Of a DNA stretch of 64,000 bases, positions 8,604 through 16,974 are shown piece by piece; the stretch's first letter is position 1, and every line of letters begins with the position of its first letter. A program made the position numbers and the translations under genes. The stretch comes from a virus (Duplodnaviria > Caudoviricetes). The stretch lies in IMG/VR virus record IMGVR_UViG_3300027734_003164, positions 64,001-128,000 of that record; one strand, given 5' to 3'. The notes beneath the pieces were generated by a model. It was given only the letters and a program-made list of their open reading frames with translations. It did not search any database and had not been told where the DNA came from.

Positions 8604-9098
8604 CTAATCAATCAGTTTTACAGACCTTTCTAACATCTTATATATTTCGGTAAAAATTTCTACGTCTGATTTACTTTTTGGTGTTTCTAAATCAAACATA
8701 TGATTAAAAAATTTATCTACCGTTTCTTTTATTTTTTTATCGTTTTGGTTATAAAACGTATCAAAAAAGAAATTCTCAAAGAATAAAATATCATTTTGAT
8801 TAATATCAAATTCTATATTTTCTTTTTTAAAATTCTCGATTGTTTTATTTAGACACCAAACAAAATGTTCTTTTTTTTGTTGTTCCGTCATTCCAGTTTT
8901 GGTTTCTAACAAATCAATGTCTTCCTCACCTAAATATGTCATTTTTATTAAACCATAAAAGGAAAAACAAAAGTCTCTAAATAGTTCTGTGTATTCTGGT
9001 ATAATATTGTTTGCTAAATACCAAGCAACAATATCTTCTTTTTCCATAGGTTTTGCCAACCAATCAAAAAAATTCCCCATGTTATTACTAATAGACAT
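8604..9098 (-). CDS. hypothetical protein (164 aa)
   Basis: Clean ORF. Confidence 0.75.
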   Translation of the reverse strand: MSISNNMGNFFDWLAKPMEKEDIVAWYLANNIIPEYTELFRDFCFSFYGLIKMTYLGEEDIDLLETKTGMTEQQKKEHFVWCLNKTIENFKKENIEFDINQNDILFFENFFFDTFYNQNDKKIKETVDKFFNHMFDLETPKSKSDVEIFTEIYKMLERSVKLID

Positions 9099-9138
9099 GG
9101 GGAAAATATAGTATAATTTTATTAGAAATGAATTTTAA

Positions 9139-10722
9139 TTATTGTGTTTTTCTATCATAACCAATTAAACTTTTCATTTTTTCCATTTCGGTCAAAACAT
9201 TTTGTTTGTCAGTGGATTCTAACTTCATCATAATTTTGTCAGCACCTGACTCAGACCCACTCTTGTCAGTAACGACAGGTTGAGGTGCTTTGTTATATGC
9301 TTTCTTTTTTAATTTTGACAAATAATTATTTTTTCTTACTTCATCTCTTTTTGCGTTCACAGGAGTTTCTACTGCATTTGCCCATTTTGGATTATTACCT
9401 GTTTCTGATGAACCTTTTACATATTTAGATACTCTTTCTTCATTTGGTTCAAAAGTATCGTAATCTAAGTTTTCTAAACTTGCCGCTGTGAAGTTAGTTA
9501 TATATTCATCAACCGCCTTAGATGGTACGTAAGCCATTTTATCCATTTTTTCAAGTTCTCCATTCCCTTTGGGAAAATTCTTTGGTGACATTTCGTATTT
9601 ACCTTTAGAACCTGTTTTTAAATAAGATTTCATTTTTTTAACAACACTATCAATATAGTCCTCTTCTTGTTTTTTAGATTGACCTAATGATGATTTCAAA
9701 TATGTATCAGATTTAGTTGCTTTTTTTCTTTTTTCTTCTAAAACAATATTCTCAATTAAACTTATCATTTCATTTTCTGTAAAAATCAATCTTGACTCTT
9801 CAACTTTTGCCTTTCCTTTACCTGGCCAATCTTTTTTTGCTCTCTTAGCAAAGTATAATTGTCCCATTTTTTCTCGACTTGAGCTTGGTACTTTTTTACC
9901 TAATCTTTTTAATTCTGAATTTCTTTTCTTAATTTTTTTAATTTCGGTGTCTATCTCATCAATTGTCATATCTGCATACTCACCAGTACTTTTAACTTCA
10001 ACATCCCCTTTCCATTTTTCAGTTATGTATGACTCTTCAACGGGGTAAGTTTTGTTTCCGACTCTAAAAGTTTTATCTCCTCTTTCTCTTGCTGCTGATA
10101 ATGCACCTGAAAAAGCATTTCCTTCTTCAACATCTTCTTCTTCTAAATCCAACTCATATAAAGTTTCTTCTACTTCTTTTTTCATAGAACGAAGTGCTTT
10201 AAAGTCTGCACCTGTAATTTTACCAAATGGTTTCGCTTTATCTATTTTCCTTCTACCGTCTGTAAATCCACCATATTCTTCATCTAAATAAAATTCATCT
10301 TCATCATCACTATGTCTATATTTAGTTTTGTATGATGGCATGTCACTAGAAATTCTTAGTTCAGGATAATATTCTTCTTCATCATCACCATAGTTTGGGT
10401 CATACATACTTCTGTCTTTATAATCTTCGTCTTCCTCTCTGTTTCTAAAAAATCTTTCTATATCTTTTTTTGGTATATCTCGTAAATTTTTACCTCCAAA
10501 AAAAGGATGCGAATCATCCATTCCTCCTAATTCTTGTATATCACCCTCATACATTCCTCCACATTCCATACATTCTCCTTCATACATTTTACCACCACAT
10601 TCTGAGCAAACTTGTTTTTCCATATTTTTATTTTCAAATATTTTATTTTCTATGTCAAAAATTCTATTATCTATCTCTTCAGATATAATTCTTTTTGTTA
10701 TGTTTTTTATGTAATTTTCCAT
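9139..10722 (-). CDS. acidic low-complexity protein, possible internal head protein
   Basis: Glu-rich; CSECGG/ECMECG motif; N-terminal KRIISEE and internal LIFTENEMISLIENIVLEE motifs; TATTTAT upstream. Confidence 0.6.
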   Translation of the reverse strand: MENYIKNITKRIISEEIDNRIFDIENKIFENKNMEKQVCSECGGKMYEGECMECGGMYEGDIQELGGMDDSHPFFGGKNLRDIPKKDIERFFRNREEDEDYKDRSMYDPNYGDDEEEYYPELRISSDMPSYKTKYRHSDDEDEFYLDEEYGGFTDGRRKIDKAKPFGKITGADFKALRSMKKEVEETLYELDLEEEDVEEGNAFSGALSAARERGDKTFRVGNKTYPVEESYITEKWKGDVEVKSTGEYADMTIDEIDTEIKKIKKRNSELKRLGKKVPSSSREKMGQLYFAKRAKKDWPGKGKAKVEESRLIFTENEMISLIENIVLEEKRKKATKSDTYLKSSLGQSKKQEEDYIDSVVKKMKSYLKTGSKGKYEMSPKNFPKGNGELEKMDKMAYVPSKAVDEYITNFTAASLENLDYDTFEPNEERVSKYVKGSSETGNNPKWANAVETPVNAKRDEVRKNNYLSKLKKKAYNKAPQPVVTDKSGSESGADKIMMKLESTDKQNVLTEMEKMKSLIGYDRKTQ

Positions 10723-10751
10723 AATAATAAATATTACCTTTAATGGAAAAC

Positions 10752-11324
10752 TTAAATATAGTCTATAAGAATTTTTAGAATTTCAGATTCACTTAATCCA
10801 GTTCTATATGATACGTTCTCAATAGCCTCTTTTAATTTTGATTTTTTCTTAGTTTTTTTAGGAGTTGACTTTGTCAATTTAGTATTAAAACCACCCGTTT
10901 TACCAAATTCTAAAGCGTTTATATCTCCCTGATTACAATAAGGGAAAGTTTTACATTTTTCTTTTGGTTTTACAAATAACCCACCAGGTAATTGTGTTTT
11001 TTTAGACGGTCCCCAACTATTTAAGTTTTTAGCCAAAAAAGATGCCCCTTCATATGAACCTGAAGACGCCGAACCAGTTGCTTCAGTTGCTTCTATTTTT
11101 TCAACATCTTCCTCTTCGTTGAAATTCAAAGCGGGGGCAAAACTTCCTGCCGATGCCGCTCCCATACCTTCTTTGGTTTCTTTTTTTGTTTTTTTGTATT
11201 CTTTTTTTGCTTCAGTATCTTTAGAAAACAAACTAAATATTGGTCTACTAATCGTTGAAGATTTTTCTTCTATCAACTCTCTTAGTGCGTTTTCTATTAA
11301 CTTTTGGTGGTCTATATTTTTCAC
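10752..11324 (-). CDS. hypothetical protein (190 aa)
   Basis: Clean ORF; N-terminal LRELIEE; KCKTFPYCNQGD segment. Confidence 0.75.
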   Translation of the reverse strand: MKNIDHQKLIENALRELIEEKSSTISRPIFSLFSKDTEAKKEYKKTKKETKEGMGAASAGSFAPALNFNEEEDVEKIEATEATGSASSGSYEGASFLAKNLNSWGPSKKTQLPGGLFVKPKEKCKTFPYCNQGDINALEFGKTGGFNTKLTKSTPKKTKKKSKLKEAIENVSYRTGLSESEILKILIDYI

Positions 11325-11328
11325 TTAC

Positions 11329-11580
11329 TTATATTTTTAAATTTTTAAATGTGCTGGTCCACATATGTTTTTGTCTATACATCTCATAGTAAAATTCGGT
11401 AAATGCCTTTGTAATATAATCAGTAATGTCCCCTTTTATTTTTCCGTTTCTAATTTCTTTTCTTATCAAATCAATCATTTGATTTTCAAATTGTTTAAGG
11501 GTACTAGAATTGAAAAAGCTTTTGATTTCACTTTTAACAATTTTTTCTATTTCTTTTTTATCTGATTGTGAAAACGGCAT
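11329..11580 (-). CDS. hypothetical protein (83 aa)
   Basis: ORF tightly packed in the operon. Confidence 0.7.
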   Translation of the reverse strand: MPFSQSDKKEIEKIVKSEIKSFFNSSTLKQFENQMIDLIRKEIRNGKIKGDITDYITKAFTEFYYEMYRQKHMWTSTFKNLKI

Positions 11581-11582
11581 GA

Positions 11583-11996
11583 TTAAAAAATTAATAGTCC
11601 TGTTAATGTTAGTATTATAGAACCTCCAACTACCTGTATGAATGTACTTTTTACTTTATGTTTTTTAAATTCTTTTCTTAACCTTTCATTTTCGTCTGAC
11701 ATTATTTTAAACTTTTGTTCGGTATTTGAAACCAATATTTTGTTTGTGGAGTCTAACTTCTGCCAACTTGAAATTGATTTTTCCATATAAAAAACCTTGT
11801 CGTTAAGTTGTATGATTTGTTTTTCGTTAAGTTTATTTATTTCTTTTAACCTATCATAGTCATTTAAATCCAATAACATTTTTTGTGCAACCCCATAAGG
11901 TATGCATATTTCTGAAGTATCTTGAGGTTTTGGTTTTTGAGCTAAACTATTAAACCCAATAAAAAGAATTAATAGTAAAATTGTTATTCTATTCAT
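11583..11996 (-). CDS. signal-peptide, coiled-coil and C-terminal TM protein (possible lysis/spanin-like)
   Basis: Hydrophobic N-terminus, central coiled coil, C-terminal TM; function is inference only. Confidence 0.5.
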   Translation of the reverse strand: MNRITILLLILFIGFNSLAQKPKPQDTSEICIPYGVAQKMLLDLNDYDRLKEINKLNEKQIIQLNDKVFYMEKSISSWQKLDSTNKILVSNTEQKFKIMSDENERLRKEFKKHKVKSTFIQVVGGSIILTLTGLLIF

Positions 11997-11997
11997 C

Positions 11998-12348
11998 TTA
12001 AAAATTATATCTTTTTCTAAGCAAACTATCTACTTGTTTTTTGTCTGCGTTTTTTATCTCTTCTTTTTTTTGAGTGTAGTAGTTATTAACTTCCTTTTTT
12101 TCTATTTTTATATTTGATATTTTTTTATCAATATCTTTTACTTTTTGATTATAAGAATTGATTGAATCATTTAAACTTTTTTGAAGGTTTTTTAGTTCTC
12201 CGATGTGTTTATCCAATTGCTCCAATTTATATTTATCCAACTCAGACATTTCTGGTTTTTTTGTTAAAATCAGTATTAAAAGATAAATGATGGCAAATAC
12301 ACCAACACCTATTAAAATTTTTTGCCAATATTTTTTTAAAAATTCCAT
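11998..12348 (-). CDS. N-terminal TM + coiled-coil protein (possible i-spanin-like)
   Basis: TM ILIGVGVFAIIYLLILIL followed by a long coiled coil; close to the amidase-like gene. Confidence 0.5.
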   Translation of the reverse strand: MEFLKKYWQKILIGVGVFAIIYLLILILTKKPEMSELDKYKLEQLDKHIGELKNLQKSLNDSINSYNQKVKDIDKKISNIKIEKKEVNNYYTQKKEEIKNADKKQVDSLLRKRYNF

Positions 12349-12349
12349 A

Positions 12350-12895
12350 TTATTCTTCTTCTGTAAATTTAGTTTTTTTCCTAACTGAAATTATTTTCGC
12401 CCATTTGCTTTTAAATTTTTCAAAAAAAGATTTTAATTTGTTTGTTAAATCAACAAGCTCTTGGTCCAATTTAATCATATCCCCATTTATATATACACCG
12501 TTGTTTTCGCCAATAGAATAGAAAAACTCAACGTCAGCATCAACTATCTTACCACTCCATTGAACTGAATTACTATAAACATTTAATACTCCAAAGTCTG
12601 AAAGGTCAGATACTTCATTAACAAATTCTTCCATGGTTTCTTGATAAGATTGTTTTTCGTCGTTTGTTAATTCCAACTCTTTTTTATCTTTACCATGAAG
12701 AGTTAAAAGACCTCCCGATATACGATAAGTTTTACTTTTGTCTTTTTTTACTTTATCAACATCAACTTCAGTTTCTTGTTCCTCATCTTGTTCGATGTTG
12801 TCTTCAATACTTTTTGCCATATTAATTGGTCCTACTTGTTCTTGCAAAAGTCTAGACCTTTTCAACAACATTTTTATTTCATCATACTGGTTCAT
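12350..12895 (-). CDS. hypothetical acidic protein (181 aa)
   Basis: Clean ORF; N-terminal MLLKRSRLLQEQ. Confidence 0.75.
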   Translation of the reverse strand: MNQYDEIKMLLKRSRLLQEQVGPINMAKSIEDNIEQDEEQETEVDVDKVKKDKSKTYRISGGLLTLHGKDKKELELTNDEKQSYQETMEEFVNEVSDLSDFGVLNVYSNSVQWSGKIVDADVEFFYSIGENNGVYINGDMIKLDQELVDLTNKLKSFFEKFKSKWAKIISVRKKTKFTEEE

Positions 12896-13490
12896 ATTCT
12901 TCTAATAATTTTTCAAAATTGTTAAAATTGAAAGATGGGTTTATATCTCTACAGTTTGAATTGTAATTGCTTTTTGTTGCAACTCCGTTAAAGTTTTCAA
13001 CTCCCGATAATTTGACATTTGTTTTTGTTGTCTTTTTATCGATGTTAAACTTTTCACACAACTCATGTGTTAAAAAAACCAAACTTTCAATTTGTTTTTG
13101 AGTATATGGGTCCCAAAAAAATTGTTCTCTCCATTTTTTTTCAAAAACTTTCTCTTTATAAATATCACCTATCCAATTTAAATAGTTTGTTTCTATTGGT
13201 ATTTTTTTTAACCAAGTTAAATTCTCTAAAACAATAGTTATAGAGTTTTTGTCAACCGACTCATCACCTATGTAATTTGAATACATATTAGGTTCTGAAA
13301 TCATAAATATTTCACCACTTTTATTAATTAAATAATTAGGTAGATGTGGGTTATTTTGATTGTACCTGTGTAATAATGATTGTATATAAAATCTATAAGG
13401 CCTTTTAGTGTCGGCCAAAATTATTTGACTTTTTTTGTCGTTACGAGACAGAACTTCAGATTCTATTAATTTTGAAATTACCTGTATCAT
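12882..13490 (-). CDS. Amidase_2 / T7-lysozyme-fold protein with apparently substituted Zn ligands
   Basis: Spacing IIL..T / NYLINKSGEI / SITIVLEN / YTQKQIESL..L..ELCEKFNI / DINPSFNF follows N-acetylmuramoyl-L-alanine amidases. Confidence 0.7.
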   Translation of the reverse strand: MIQVISKLIESEVLSRNDKKSQIILADTKRPYRFYIQSLLHRYNQNNPHLPNYLINKSGEIFMISEPNMYSNYIGDESVDKNSITIVLENLTWLKKIPIETNYLNWIGDIYKEKVFEKKWREQFFWDPYTQKQIESLVFLTHELCEKFNIDKKTTKTNVKLSGVENFNGVATKSNYNSNCRDINPSFNFNNFEKLLEEYEPV

Positions 13491-14682
13491 TCTTAGTGTA
13501 TGAAAGTCTTCTATTTGTTATTGTTTGAGTTTCTTCTGTATTATTACTAATAATTTCTTCAGGTGTTTCCTCTACTTGAGGTTCAATTATTTCTTCCATG
13601 CCATCTTCTGTGACATCTTCTGTGACATCTTCTGTGACATCTTCAATCACTGGTTCTGTTTCTTCAGGAATCCATTCCCAACTATCATTAATACTTAATA
13701 AACTATCAGGAACATTGACTTCCTCTTCAACTTGGTGGGTAAGTTCGTGGGGAAGTTCATGGGGAAGTTCGTGGGTAACTTGGGGGGTGACTTGAGGGGT
13801 GACTTGAGGGGTGACTTGAGGGGTAACTTGGGGGGTAACTTGGGGGGTGACTTCTCGTTTTGGGGAATCATCTTCCTCATCTTTTCTATTATTTTTGAAT
13901 GCTTGGTTTGTTGCAATAACTAATGTAATAGCTAATGGGTCAAACACAAAAATTAAAATTAATATAAAGATGTTAGCGGTTTTTTTAACACTCCATCCGG
14001 TAAGTTCACTGATATATTTTATGGTTCCAAGTTCATTACCTGAAATCTCTTTTGATTCTAATTCAAGTACTTTTATATCTAATGCGGTAATACTGTCATT
14101 AAGAGCATCCACTTTACCTGACATTTTGTCACGATTTTCAATCGCCAATTCTAATTGTAATTCAAATGATTTACGATTTGCGTTATTTGCTCTTGTTACA
14201 ACCTGACCTGTTTGTCTATCCACACTTTGAGTTGTGGTGTTAGTTGATAAGGCGTTTCTTAATTTTGAGATGTCTTTATCTAATATTTGTTTTTCTTTTT
14301 GGTACTCGTTTTTAATTTCCTCAAATCTTTGTTTTTTTACTTCAATGTTTTTTACTTCCTTCTGACCGATTTCAAGTTTTGCGATATTGGTTGAAAATCC
14401 TGTACTTAAAAGTCCATATATCCCCAATGATGTAATAAGAGATAAAGTTACAAGAGCGACAGTCATATATAATTTTAATACTCCGTAAGTTTCTTTCCAC
14501 TTGTCGTGAAGATATGTTGCGATGGCAATTTTTGATAATTCTAAAAACCCACCCATAATTATTACAGGTAAAGCAACTCCAACAAACACAACGGATAAAC
14601 CAACAACACTATAATACGCCGCAGTTCCTGATAAACCGAGAGCACAAAACAACAAAAACCAAGGTAGTAATTTTTCTTTCAT
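13456..14682 (-). CDS. multi-pass membrane protein with coiled coil and C-terminal tetrapeptide repeats
   Basis: LSGTAAYYSVVGL...LELSKIA...ITSLGIYGLLS TM cluster, coiled coil, IFVFDPLAI TM, repeat-rich acidic tail. Confidence 0.8.
   Translation of the reverse strand: MKEKLLPWFLLFCALGLSGTAAYYSVVGLSVVFVGVALPVIIMGGFLELSKIAIATYLHDKWKETYGVLKLYMTVALVTLSLITSLGIYGLLSTGFSTNIAKLEIGQKEVKNIEVKKQRFEEIKNEYQKEKQILDKDISKLRNALSTNTTTQSVDRQTGQVVTRANNANRKSFELQLELAIENRDKMSGKVDALNDSITALDIKVLELESKEISGNELGTIKYISELTGWSVKKTANIFILILIFVFDPLAITLVIATNQAFKNNRKDEEDDSPKREVTPQVTPQVTPQVTPQVTPQVTPQVTHELPHELPHELTHQVEEEVNVPDSLLSINDSWEWIPEETEPVIEDVTEDVTEDVTEDGMEEIIEPQVEETPEEIISNNTEETQTITNRRLSYTKNDTGNFKINRI
13598..13645. repeat. 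12-bp tandem repeat (EDVT x3-4 in frame)
   Basis: catcttctgtga repeated. Confidence 0.9.
13735..13852. repeat. 12-bp tandem repeats (VTPQ x6, then HELP/HELT x3)
   Basis: ggggtgacttga / ggggtaacttgg / ggggaagttcgt units visible directly. Confidence 0.9.
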
Positions 14683-14715
14683 ATTAATAACTATAACAGA
14701 TAAATATTAAAGATA

Positions 14716-14744
14716 AATAAAACCCTCACCGGCGCCGATGAGGG
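14716..14744 (-). terminator. intrinsic terminator
   Basis: CCCTCATCGG-CG-CCGGTGAGGG hairpin followed by TTTTATTT on the minus strand. Confidence 0.75.
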
Positions 14745-14846
14745 AGTGTAGTTTCATTCTACCGTATAGATAGAATTGAGGATTCTCACCCAGGGCTCTT
14801 CGTGTCCCATTCCGCCGAGTTGTAAGGGTAATCTCGGTTCAACCCT
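14720..14846 (-). ncRNA. candidate structured ncRNA of unknown class
   Basis: GC-rich non-coding island with stems CCGAG/CTCGG, GGGTTGA/TCAATTC, TTCTATC/GGTAGAA, possible pseudoknot AGGGT/ACCCT, T-loop-like GGTGAGAATCC and a terminal terminator. Confidence 0.55.
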
Positions 14847-15384
14847 ATAAGTAAATAACTAATATGTTATTGCCTTTTATTCCTTCTATTGTAACTCTTT
14901 TTGATTTTTTTTCTTCAACATTAGTCTTTAAAAACTGACCATCATTTGAAAATGCAGATGTTATTATATTGAAAAAATTACCATCTTTATTTAGTAAAAT
15001 TTCAACATAATTAAAATGCTTGTCGTCTTCATTATCCTTTCTTTTTTTAACAAAAATAATTTGATTATTTTCAGGTTTTTCAGTTTCGAATGAATTATAA
15101 ATTTTTTCTAAACTATTTTCAAACAATTTTTTTATCATGGAGTCAGGAACTGCTATTCTTGGTGGTTGTACGTATTTTGAGCGTCTAGTTGCAAGATGGT
15201 CATTATACATATCAACTAAACTATCATAACTTTCTTTACCAAACCTTTCTTTTCTTTGGTGGTAAGTTGATTTTAATTGTATCAATTTATTATCTATGAT
15301 TTTAGAAAATAAAACCGTACCTCTATCTTTTTCTTTTTTAGATTCAACTATGATGATATTTTTTAATACGGATAATAAATTCAT
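14845..15384 (-). CDS. hypothetical protein (likely start MNLLSVLKNIIIVES at 15384)
   Basis: TATTTAT at 15390-15396 immediately precedes this ATG; the track's longer start runs through the terminator. Confidence 0.7.
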   Translation of the reverse strand: MNLLSVLKNIIIVESKKEKDRGTVLFSKIIDNKLIQLKSTYHQRKERFGKESYDSLVDMYNDHLATRRSKYVQPPRIAVPDSMIKKLFENSLEKIYNSFETEKPENNQIIFVKKRKDNEDDKHFNYVEILLNKDGNFFNIITSAFSNDGQFLKTNVEEKKSKRVTIEGIKGNNILVIYL

Positions 15385-15397
15385 ATCATATAAATAC

Positions 15398-15427
15398 AAA
15401 AAGGGTGAGAAAAATCCCACCCTTTTT
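15398..15427. terminator. intrinsic terminator (bidirectional form)
   Basis: AAAAAGGGTG-AGAAAAATCC-CACCCTTTTT inverted repeat. Confidence 0.85.
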
Positions 15428-15429
15428 AA

Positions 15430-15545
15430 TTTTCCCGTACCGATTAGAGGATTTTAAACCCGACACACTAACCGCGGTGTCACGACGACTTACGACCCCA
15501 GGAGTAAGCTTCCCGACAAACACTGATACATGTCTCATTGTTTGT
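15430..15545 (-). other. GC-rich short transcription unit (sRNA or 50-aa ORF 15386-15538)
   Basis: Bounded by a TAnnTTTG promoter and a terminator; hairpins GCTTAC/GTAAGT and GACAC/GTGTC; TGTCGGG occurs twice. Confidence 0.45.
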
Positions 15546-15549
15546 TATA

Positions 15550-15580
15550 CAAAGATAAGTGTTTTTTTTAAACTGCCAAA
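15550..15580 (-). promoter_or_regulatory. Bacteroidota housekeeping-type promoter
   Basis: -33 TTTG (15577-15580) and -7 TATCTTTG (15550-15557) with 19-nt spacing. Confidence 0.7.
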
Positions 15581-15587
15581 ACTTTTA

Positions 15588-16403
15588 TCATAAATATTCA
15601 AATAAATCTGAACATTCGTTTCGTAGTTTACGAAGAGCCTTTTCTTTGATTTGACGAACTCTTTCTTTTGTAAGACCAAAATCTGTACCAATATCTTCCA
15701 AAGTACGAGGTGTGCCGGTAATACCATAGTAATCCTCAATAATTACTTTTTCACGCTCATCCAATACTGACATAATTTCCATCATTTTAAGTTTGAGAGT
15801 GTCCTTTGTTGAAAACATTTCATCAGGTGAAACGATATTTTCATTTTTTATTACATCAATTAATGTGTCTCCGTCTTCATTGATGTGCATATCCAAATCA
15901 ACAATTTTTGGAAGTTGTGCAAACTTTGCGGATAATTCCCCGTTAGTTTTTTCCAAAACCTTTTTTTCTTTTTGCATATCTTGTACAACATTAACCGGAA
16001 GTCTGATTGTTCTTGAATTATCATTTAGTGATTGAAGGATTGATTGTTTAATCCACCAAACAGCATAAGAAATAAAACGGTTGTTTTTGGTCCAATCAAA
16101 ATTCTTAATGGCCTTTAATAGTCCATAGTTTCCTTCAGCAATTAAGTCTGATAGGTCAATACCTTGATTTTGATATTGTTTTGCCACGGTAATAACAAAA
16201 CGTAAGTTACCCTCTAAAAGTTCTTTATAGATTAACTCTTTTTCTCTTTCAGTACAGTTTTCATCTGTAATCATTTTTGAAAGGATTTTTTCCCTTTCAG
16301 GTGTCATTACTTTTAACTTTCGAATGTCTTTTAAATAAAGTTGAATTTCGTCTTGGTTAATCGGGTTTGAAGATTTAATTTCCTCGGTTTTCTCTCTTTC
16401 CAT
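15588..16403 (-). CDS. RNA polymerase sigma-70 factor, short RpoD-like (regions 1.2-4, no 1.1)
   Basis: DEIQLYLKDI, NLRFVITVAKQY, DLIAEGNYGLLKA..FD, RFISYAVWWIKQSI, RTIRLP, TLEDIG..FGLTKERVRQIKEKALRKLR. Confidence 0.93.
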   Translation of the reverse strand: MEREKTEEIKSSNPINQDEIQLYLKDIRKLKVMTPEREKILSKMITDENCTEREKELIYKELLEGNLRFVITVAKQYQNQGIDLSDLIAEGNYGLLKAIKNFDWTKNNRFISYAVWWIKQSILQSLNDNSRTIRLPVNVVQDMQKEKKVLEKTNGELSAKFAQLPKIVDLDMHINEDGDTLIDVIKNENIVSPDEMFSTKDTLKLKMMEIMSVLDEREKVIIEDYYGITGTPRTLEDIGTDFGLTKERVRQIKEKALRKLRNECSDLFEYL

Positions 16404-16965
16404 AATTGTCTAATATTTGTTTTTCTTCCTCTGTTAATGACTCTATACCTTTTTCTGAAATCTTATCCAAAATTTGGTCTACAGTCGGTTTCTCTTTTTT
16501 TTCTTCTTTTAAAAATGGATTTTTAATCATGTCTTCCGTTATTGGAAATATGAACTCCATTATATTGTTCATTCTTTTCTTTTTTTCATCTGATAATTCA
16601 TCTTTTTGTACTCCTTTTGTTTTTGTTTCTTTTTTTACTCCATCTATATTTAAAAAATCTCTCTTCAATTTTCGTTCCATTTTGATGTCCACGTTTTCTG
16701 TTGCCTCCATCAAAAAATATTGTTCGACAGTTCCGTCTAAACACATATCAACGTATTCTTTCAGTTCCATAAAAGGTTCTTTGGTTCTAAAGTGTAAAAC
16801 TATGCCAAACTCACCATAATTAAACTTCAGGTATTCACTAGAAACCACCGTTATTAGCTGATACGAAATGTCCTCAATAAACTTTTCCATTTCTGTGAAA
16901 TCACCGAAAATAAAAAGCATATATCTTTTGTCTTGTGATTTCATTTCTGTTTTCTTCTTTCTCAT
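16375..16965 (-). CDS. hypothetical protein with C-terminal DUF6576-like helical motif
   Basis: VDQILDKISEKGIESLTEEEKQIL; true start may be M at 16944, which has TATTTAT 20 nt upstream. Confidence 0.65.
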   Translation of the reverse strand: MRKKKTEMKSQDKRYMLFIFGDFTEMEKFIEDISYQLITVVSSEYLKFNYGEFGIVLHFRTKEPFMELKEYVDMCLDGTVEQYFLMEATENVDIKMERKLKRDFLNIDGVKKETKTKGVQKDELSDEKKKRMNNIMEFIFPITEDMIKNPFLKEEKKEKPTVDQILDKISEKGIESLTEEEKQILDNYGKRENRGN

Positions 16966-16974
16966 AAATATCTT

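Noticed and set aside
13598-14206. Several short overlapping ORFs on both strands
   Set aside because: Shadows of the 12-bp repeats in the membrane-protein gene.
14800-14822. HDV-like ribozyme (GGCGGAATGGGAC resembles the HDV 3' end)
   Set aside because: No upstream GTCCC to form P2 and no P1.1/P3 nested pseudoknot could be built.
14720-15545. tRNA genes in the two GC-rich islands
   Set aside because: D-loop-like and T-loop-like fragments exist, but no acceptor stem, anticodon arm or CCA could be assembled.
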